Below are positions 60,601 through 64,000 of a stretch of 64,000 nt of DNA, in pieces; positions within the stretch are counted from its first letter, which is position 1, and each line of letters opens with the position of its first letter. The notes beneath the pieces were generated by a model that saw only the letters and a program-made list of their open reading frames with translations, searched no databases and was not told the DNA's origin. Location: assembly GCA_030324005.1 (NCBI GenBank), contig JARDVH010000121.1, positions 38,021,077-38,085,076 on the forward strand, written 5' to 3'. The stretch is from Negaprion brevirostris (taxonomy: Eukaryota). Both the position numbers and the translations under genes were made by a program.

Positions 60601-60706
60601 ACTGCATTTTGTTCTGCCCAAAAATAAAATCAACACAATCCTTTTATGAAGCAGCATATATATTTGTAAAAAAAAATCTTCACATACCGGCTACAGTGCT
60701 GGACAT
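3545..60706 (-). CDS. STMN3: Stathmin-3 (SCLIP)-like, spliced CDS of 5 exons, 178 aa: [178 protein letters not shown]
   Basis: Manually assembled exons 19+96+170+192+60 = 537 nt in one open frame with compatible phases (1,1,0,0). Has the neuronal stathmin membrane-targeting N-terminus (Cys22/Cys24), KRASGQAFE and [29 protein letters not shown] and REE.SG match STMN3 better than STMN2/4. Confidence 0.9.
3707..4003 (+). mobile_element. Rex1/Babar-like LINE 3' end
   Basis: [28 protein letters not shown]-type C-terminus, tail AATAAATC(AAATC)n. Confidence 0.65.
5277..5914 (+). mobile_element. Nested HE1 SINEs: inner copy ~5399-5792 (CR1-type tail) inside outer copy with alternative tail
   Basis: Two consecutive SINE heads; outer body resumes at ATGCTAAATT (~5794) and ends GTAAGCCTACTTGTGACAACAATAAATAAAC. 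Confidence 0.8.
6196..6201 (-). terminator. Candidate intronic polyadenylation signal in STMN3 intron 4
   Basis: AATAAA about 43 nt after the in-frame stop of exon-4 read-through, followed by a T-rich run. Confidence 0.35.
6277..6468 (-). CDS. STMN3: STMN3 exon 4 ([13 protein letters not shown]...LKDRLREK), GC donor
   Basis: catttgcag|TCCCAGGAG...GAGAAG|gcaagt; 192 nt, the usual size of this stathmin exon; inside ORF 6244..6567. Confidence 0.93.
6709..7108 (+). mobile_element. CR1-type LINE 3' end
   Basis: [17 protein letters not shown]...RNFFNQR...W/NSLP motif and CTTATGGTCT tail. Confidence 0.85.
7112..7562 (+). repeat. Minisatellite, 20-21 bp unit GGGTGATGTTAT(A)CAGGCAGA, spans a gap
   Basis: More than 15 visible tandem copies. 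Confidence 0.95.
8225..8990 (+). mobile_element. Degenerate CR1 LINE 3' region containing a Harbinger-like MITE (8488-8680)
   Basis: CAGTTTTGGTCTCCTTAC...GATCTAATTGAAAC; insert bounded by TTCTCTGGCC / GGCCAGAGAA inverted ends. Confidence 0.7.
9559..9728 (-). CDS. STMN3: STMN3 exon 3 ([21 protein letters not shown]...AAEDRRK)
   Basis: cttctttctttag|ACATGGAA...AGGAAG|gtaaac; inside ORF 9484..9837; stathmin-domain N-terminus. Confidence 0.96.
10270..10612 (-). mobile_element. CR1/L2-group LINE-derived 3' fragment (related copies ~27180-27650, ~31955-32125, ~45395-45770)
   Basis: Shared CCAGCATTTATTGCCCATCCCTAATTGC and GGTAAGGA.GGCAGATTTCCTTCCCTAAA blocks. Confidence 0.6.
10916..11120 (-). mobile_element. 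CR1 LINE 3' end running into a gap
   Basis: [31 protein letters not shown] in ORF 10998..11558. Confidence 0.85.
12007..12720 (-). mobile_element. Gypsy-like LTR retrotransposon relic (pol C-terminal end, PPT, 3' LTR)
   Basis: STRYGRVVK...LNL peptide, purine tract GAAGAGGGAAGA at ~12382-12393, LTR-like segment ending CACAACA. Confidence 0.5.
13816..13911 (-). CDS. STMN3: STMN3 exon 2 ([32 protein letters not shown])
   Basis: ttttctgtttttaaag|CCTACAAG...TTTGGTG|gtgagt; 96 nt; CSC palmitoylation motif. Confidence 0.96.
16649..16800 (+). mobile_element. HE1 SINE 3' part after a gap
   Basis: GGGCCTGGGTGGGATTGTGG...GGGCTGAATGGCCTCC...TTCTATGATTCTA. Confidence 0.8.
18905..19985 (-). mobile_element. 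CR1 LINE 3' ~1.1 kb (RT C-terminal region)
   Basis: [12 protein letters not shown]...[16 protein letters not shown]...[12 protein letters not shown] in ORF 19064..19429. Confidence 0.88.
21956..23058 (-). mobile_element. Younger CR1 LINE fragment (RT N-terminal region) inserted in the RTE
   Basis: ANVVPLFKK...[45 protein letters not shown] in ORF 21753..22211. Confidence 0.9.
23062..23195. mobile_element. Penelope-like element terminal-repeat fragment in fold-back arrangement (related pieces ~23400-23530, ~53605-53780)
   Basis: AAGAAGTCTCACAACACCAGGTTAAAGTCCAACAG...CTGTTGGACTTTAACTTGGTGTTGTGAGACTTCTT palindrome. Confidence 0.65.
26418..26755 (-). mobile_element. HE1 SINE
   Basis: AGAATCCCTACAGTGCAGAAG tail ... 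CAGTGCTATCCACTGTGCCACCATGCCACC head. Confidence 0.85.
28876..29170 (+). mobile_element. HE1-type SINE with alternative (non-CR1) tail
   Basis: Head TTAGCACTGCTGCCTCAC; tail GGATTTTCACAGTAACTTC...GTAAGCCTACTTGTGACACTAATAAATAAA. Confidence 0.85.
29930..30280. promoter_or_regulatory. GC/CpG-rich intronic promoter-like island with outward-facing splice donors on both strands
   Basis: Local CpG enrichment in an otherwise CpG-poor intron, GC-box-like CCGCCC at 29995-30000, minus-strand GTG|gtgagt at 29993/29992, plus-strand ACG|gtgagt at 30270/30271. Confidence 0.6.
31316..31615 (-). mobile_element. HE1 SINE
   Basis: V-domain GGACTGTGGGAGGAAA.CGGAGCAC.CGGAGGAAACCCACGCAGACA. Confidence 0.85.
32430..33030 (+). 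mobile_element. CR1 LINE 3' end (another shorter one at ~31615-31950)
   Basis: [23 protein letters not shown]; GGGGATCTTATTGAAAC; CTTATGGTCTTATG tail. Confidence 0.85.
33405..33546. mobile_element. Penelope-derived inverted short repeat
   Basis: AAAACAGAAAATGCTGG...CCAGCATTTTCTGCTTTT fold-back. Confidence 0.5.
35189..36425 (+). repeat. ~115-bp direct repeat pair (35189-35302 / 36304-36425)
   Basis: CCAGGGCA.AGCCCAGGCATGTTTTT...CAACTGCTTCTAGTTTTTAAAAAACTTCATA...GAATCAACAG occurs twice. Confidence 0.9.
35289..35713 (-). mobile_element. HE1 SINE
   Basis: CATAGAATC tail, V-domain, GAACCCAGGTCCCTGGCGCTGTGAGGC head. Confidence 0.85.
36802..37128 (-). mobile_element. HE1 SINE
   Basis: Near-complete copy with tail, V-domain and tRNA-like head. 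Confidence 0.9.
37769..38065 (-). mobile_element. HE1-type SINE with alternative tail
   Basis: TTTATTTATTAATGTCACAAGTAAGGCTTACATTAACAC tail with HE1 body and head. Confidence 0.85.
38345..39053 (+). mobile_element. CR1 LINE (endonuclease start [20 protein letters not shown], gap, then 3' tail)
   Basis: APE N-terminal motif NARS; tail GATGGCCTACTCCTGCTCCTATTTCTTATGTTCTTATG. Confidence 0.75.
39105..39310 (-). mobile_element. DeuSINE/SacSINE1-like ancient SINE fragment
   Basis: Reverse complement GTGGGATCTTGCTGTGTGCAAATTGGCCGC...ACACTTCAAAAGTA resembles the Deu domain and tail. Confidence 0.6.
40881..41240 (-). mobile_element. Rex1/Babar-like LINE 3' end
   Basis: Same family as 3707-4003: TTTGATTTGATTTATTGTCAC tail, AGCAGGGAAGAAGCTGTTCTT. 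Confidence 0.7.
43650..43973 (+). mobile_element. HE1 SINE
   Basis: GGCACGGTGGTTAGTACTG head to CTGTAGGGATTCTATGATTCTATG tail. Confidence 0.9.
45790..46020 (-). mobile_element. Harbinger transposon Myb/SANT-like DNA-binding gene relic (similar relic ~39400-40030)
   Basis: [18 protein letters not shown]...RRP.K..VKRQWE.I...NA matches trihelix/Myb domains of Harbinger ORF2. Confidence 0.6.
47149..47392. mobile_element. Penelope-derived fold-back element with degenerate hammerhead cores
   Basis: CTGACAGCATCTG...TTTCGAGTCTGGATAAC / TTATCCAGACTCG...CAGATGCTGTCAG inverted arms. Confidence 0.6.
48155..48448 (-). mobile_element. HE1 SINE
   Basis: Tail, V-domain and GCAGCAGTGCTAACCACTGTGCC head. 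Confidence 0.9.
49420..50928 (+). mobile_element. Tx1-clade (L1 group) non-LTR retrotransposon, degenerate 3' part with 3' UTR and A-rich tail
   Basis: Broken ORFs YVAQVW...[56 protein letters not shown] (zf-RVT-like), KVQDYVLRD...AKAQW; ends AATAAAATAAATTTTTAATTAAAAA. Confidence 0.75.
50929..51015 (+). pseudogene. U1 snRNA-derived sequence (degenerate, 5' two-thirds)
   Basis: ACTTACCTGGCAAGGGAGA...ATCAAGCAGGTG...ATTGCA...GTGTGCTG.GCCTGTGATT aligns by eye to U1 (ATACTTACCTGGCAGGGGAGATACCATGATCACGAAGGTG...ATTGCACTCCGGATGTGCTGACCCCTGCGATT). Confidence 0.8.
51097..51290 (+). pseudogene. U2 snRNA-derived composite unit, copy 1 (with internal tandem duplication)
   Basis: CCTTTTGGCTAAAACGAAGCGTA resembles U2 CCTTTTGGCTAAGATCAAGTGTA; later TCTTGTCAGCTT and AAATGGCTTTTTTG resemble U2 TCTTATCAGTTT and the Sm site AAATGGATTTTTG. 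Confidence 0.6.
51327..51715 (+). pseudogene. U2 snRNA-derived composite unit, copy 2 (interrupted by a ~230-nt insertion at ~51368-51596)
   Basis: ATCGTCACGGCCTCTTGGCCAAGATCAAGCGTTAG resembles the U2 5' end ATCGCTTCTCGGCCTTTTGGCTAAGATCAAGTGTAG; resumes TGCAGTGCCTTATCTTGTCAGCTT...TTTTTTGGAGAAGCAAGGAATGGA. Confidence 0.7.
51368..52854. repeat. ~230-bp inverted repeat pair (51368-51596 / 52614-52854)
   Basis: GATGATCTAATC.ATGAAGGCCATCCATTTTCT...CAGTAGCTGCATTAGGATGAGGTAACTGCA...ACACTTGTATGGTGTGGAA reappears as reverse complement. Confidence 0.92.
52205..52548 (-). mobile_element. HE1 SINE
   Basis: Full-length copy ending CCATGCCGCCC. Confidence 0.9.
53115..53477 (+). mobile_element. HE1 SINE
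   Basis: GGGGCAGCACGGTAGCA head to TTCTATGATTCTATG tail. Confidence 0.9.
56609..56780 (-). mobile_element. CR1 LINE extreme 3' end
   Basis: CATAGACATAGAAG..AGAGCAGGAG.TGGCCATTTGGCCCTTCAAGCCTGCTCC. Confidence 0.7.
56981..57316 (-). mobile_element. HE1 SINE (degenerate, runs into gap)
   Basis: AGAATCCCTA tail and V-domain. Confidence 0.75.
60688..60706 (-). CDS. STMN3: STMN3 coding exon 1 (MSSTVA + first base of Ala7)
   Basis: GCCACC-ATG TCC AGC ACT GTA GCC G|gtatgt: perfect Kozak context, 19-nt coding part as in STMN2/3, phase-1 donor matching exon 2. Confidence 0.88.
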
Positions 60707-60900
60707 GGTGGCGCAGGATGTAGAGGCTCAAGCAGCAGGAATGAGATGGGTCTGTGCTGCAGTGGTGTGGAGACAGATGTCTGAATAAGGCACTGACTCA
60801 GTGGTGTGTAAACTGCAGAAAGAGAAGAGGAGAGGTAACCTGTTAGGAACAGTAATTCTGAATGGCTCTGATAGTCCTTTGATGTCACTGCTGCACTGCC
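60707..60900 (-). promoter_or_regulatory. STMN3 5' UTR / core promoter region, with AP-1 site TGACTCA (60794-60800) and Inr-like TCAGTG
   Basis: Repeat-free sequence directly upstream of the Kozak ATG; TSS not determinable. Confidence 0.55.
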
Positions 60901-61228
60901 TCTTTTTCGACACAATGAATATTAATTTACTAAATGATCCAAAAACTTCCAACCTTAAAATGCATTTTTTTAGTGTTTGAATTAGATAGTATATCTCAAA
61001 ACTCCCCTACCAATTGCACATTCCGAGTAGTAGTTTTGTTAGCCTGCTTGACGTTACAAATGATCATTTTAAATCATTGGACTATTCTATGAAATATTTC
61101 CTATTCACAGAATAATTGCTTTGAAAATGAGAATTGGTGACTATTGGATTAAACCTTACATTTTATACACACAGCAAAATCACTCCAGCTATAGTTGGCT
61201 CAAAATCCTGCTGTTAAAGTATTTATGA

Positions 61229-62765
61229 TGAAAAATATAATTTCTTTAACCTTTTCAGAACTGTGTACTGCATGATGTTGTAGTGCTAAATAAATATATA
61301 TAATAGACACTCACATATATTCTCAATTATCTTCATGGTAACTTTCTGTATTAAAAGATTGCCAAAAAATATTTGACCTTGACATTGTACATTGCCAGGT
61401 TTTGGTGGAAATTTTCAATATGCTAAGTTAACTCATTGCACAAGGGTATTTTTCACATTTTCCAACAAGAATTTTATGCATTGCAACAATGTGCTAAAAA
61501 AATTCAATTGGCCGTTCTCTGTTTTATCCTCAGATTCAAGGAGAAACAATGTCGTGCTTGGTATAAATAAAGGCACAAAAAATGAACAAACAAATCTACT
61601 GAGGTCTGTCAGCTGACAAATGGGAACTCTCAAATCAGGATCTGAAATCCACATAATCAGTAAATTACTTAATTGAAATAATTAGCATGTCAATGAGTTG
61701 GTAACAAAAAATACTAAAGTGGAATGAATCTCCTCCAACACTAAGTTAAAGATCTTTACTTTCATACTCAAAAGGTTCTCTTTTGAAAATATCATACACT
61801 ATGGGTGAGATTTTGCAGCCTCACTTGTCCCAAGACTAATGGACCTTTCCATTGTCCGCCCTTTGCCTGCTACGATTCCCAAGGTGGGCTGGGCGGTAAG
61901 ATTCCGGCCTATGTAACATTACATTGTGGGGGAAGATGCAATTTTGAAGAGAACTTTGCATTAGGTGGTTGGTAGTAAGAGCATGCCAAAGTAGATATTC
62001 AACACTGATAGGCAGCTGGCCTAGAGGCTGTTAATACAAGCCATTTTGACTCTAAGTCCTTGTTCTGGCCAGGTTGCGTCTGGGACTAATACTCAGTCCA
62101 AGGAGCAGAAAATGGCTCAGAATTTTTTGAAACAATTACTCCATTTTTAAAGTTACAACACCAATGTGCAGAGTGGAGCAAGCAATTCAAGAGAATCTAA
62201 TTCAAGGTCCCCACAGGAGGTCAAAACAAGACCCAAGCTGACAAGATAAGTCATTGCCCCCCACACCCACGCCCCACCATCTTGGGCTTGATCCAATTTG
62301 ATCTTACCCAAAAGGCTGAGAAAATGGCCCAGAATATTGTTGTGTCAGTTTCTGCAATTCTTTTTCACATCAGTCATTTTCCATTAAAGAGTTGGGTGGA
62401 CCTTCCATCCACTTTCCTTTTTAATCGAGGGACATGAAAGGGATTAACTTCCACATGCCCAAGGAATCCTGATCTTAAAAGCCTCAATGGAATTCCTGCT
62501 GTATCCACTGAAAAATATAATTCCTTTAACCTTTTCAGTACTGTGTGCTGCATGATGTTGTAGTGCTAAATAAATATATATGTAATAGACACATACACAC
62601 ACACACACATATATTATATATTATACTCTTGATTATCTTCATGGTGACTTTCTGTATTAAAAGATTGCCAAAAAAGATTTGACCTTGAAATTGTACATTG
62701 CCATGTTTCAAGGGAAATTTTCAATATGCTAGGTTGATTCACTGCACAAGGGTATTTCTCACATT
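61229..62765 (+). repeat. ~240-bp direct repeat pair (61229-61459 / 62509-62765)
   Basis: TGAAAAATATAATT..TTTAACCTTTTCAG...CATGATGTTGTAGTGCTAAATAAATATATA...GCACAAGGGTATTT.TCACATT occurs twice. Confidence 0.92.
61803..61909. mobile_element. Short Harbinger-like MITE
   Basis: GGGTGAGATTTTGC ... GGTAAGATTCCGGCC imperfect TIRs flanked by a TAT 3-bp duplication. Confidence 0.5.
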
Positions 62766-63582
62766 CAGTGGAGTCCCGTGACTCTTGCTTGAGGTGCCAT
62801 CCCTGACAGAAATAATGTAATTCACACTGGAGCTAGTCACTGTAAAATTTGCAGGAATCTTTTTTTTTAAGATTTCATCAAGCTGGATCCATTCATTTTT
62901 CCCATTTCCATGGTTCTGTTCTCTAATCTTGTTGAGTCTGCCTCTGATCGCCTTTACCTCCAATTCCCAATCGGAAGGGGGTGTGGGGATTCTGCATGAG
63001 AATTAGGCTGTGTCCAAAGATCGGTTTTACACTGGCATGAATTCCCTGCAGGATCTTCCACTGTCGCTTACTGAGCCCATTGGAAAACCTGCTGCAGGCT
63101 GACATGAATCTGATTTGCACCCCACTGACGGGATATGGATGAAGGTTTGACCAGAATCTTCCATTTATGCCCAATCCTCTGCGGCACCAACAGGAAAACA
63201 CGCCAGTCCAGAATACGCCTGGAACAAAGTGGTGTGCAGAAGTTGGGACTCACCTGAATAATGCCTGGGGCTGCCTCTGGAGTTCGTGATGGAGACACCC
63301 AGAAATCTTGGACCTCAGGACACCGCAGCAGTAGATGGGGGTGAAAATATATGGCTGGATCTTCCAGATTCAGTCTCTTCGATGTGGTCCACCTTCCAGC
63401 TTTGGAATGTTCCTGGGAGATCCATCTTCTTTTTCAGAACGTCTATCTTCATTCATCAGTGGTGGATCAGTGAAGTTGGGCACCTCTTCACTATGTTCAG
63501 CTAGACATGATGGCAGAATTCAAACTATTAGACCTGGAATATGCTGCCAAACCCCTGTGTGCATAATTAAGAGGTTGGTACT

Positions 63583-64000
63583 GACTACTCTCTGGAATTG
63601 GTTGCATTCTTGGACAATGCATCTCCATCAAGGATGGTCGCCTCAGCACTTCGCTGTACCTCAAGCTCATGGATAACCTCATGATGCTCCACTTCTCCAG
63701 CTTCCACTCCAAATATGTTGAAGAAGCCATCTCTTACGGACAAGCCCTCCATATACACAGGATCTTCCCAGATGAGGAGGATTGCGCCAGTCACCTCCAG
63801 ACGCTGAAAGATGCCATCATAAGAACAGAATATGGCGCTTGACAATTCCGACACGCCACAGTGAAAAACCGCACCAACCTTCTCAGAAGACAAACATGGG
63901 ACACAGAGAACAGAATACCCTTTGTCGTCCAGTGCTTCCCTGGAGCGGAGAAGCTACGACACCTTCTCCGGAGCTTTCAACATGTCATCGATGAAGATGA
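63583..64000 (+). mobile_element. Penelope-like element RT C-terminal region (degenerate, runs off window)
   Basis: DYSLELVAFLD..ISIKDGRLSTSLY.K..DNLMMLHFSSFH.K.V..AI.YGQAL.IHRI..DEED...HL..LKDA...RIPFVVQ.FPGAEKL. Confidence 0.8.

Overview
Vertebrate genomic DNA from a cartilaginous fish (shark, inferred from abundant HE1/V-SINEs), in a draft assembly with many N-gaps. One complete protein-coding gene spans almost the whole window on the minus strand: a neuronal stathmin, best called STMN3/SCLIP. It has 5 coding exons (60706-60688, 13911-13816, 9728-9559, 6468-6277, 3604-3545), encodes 178 aa, and has a ~46.8 kb first intron and a GC-AG fourth intron. The rest is intronic or flanking DNA full of decayed mobile elements (HE1 SINEs, CR1, RTE, Rex1, Tx1, Penelope, Harbinger, Gypsy relics). 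Most notable: (1) a Tx1 retroelement 3' end joined directly to a U1-derived sequence and two U2-derived composite units, a possible snRNA-headed SINE / snRNA-targeting system, whose antisense U1 creates a perfect donor in the STMN3 pre-mRNA; (2) an unusually diverged stathmin helix; (3) a weak GC donor coupled to an in-frame extension and AATAAA; (4) a bidirectional CpG-rich intronic promoter; (5) candidate poison exons; (6) three local ~1.1-1.3 kb-range duplications. Repeat boundaries are approximate and family names come from recalled consensus sequences, not database searches.
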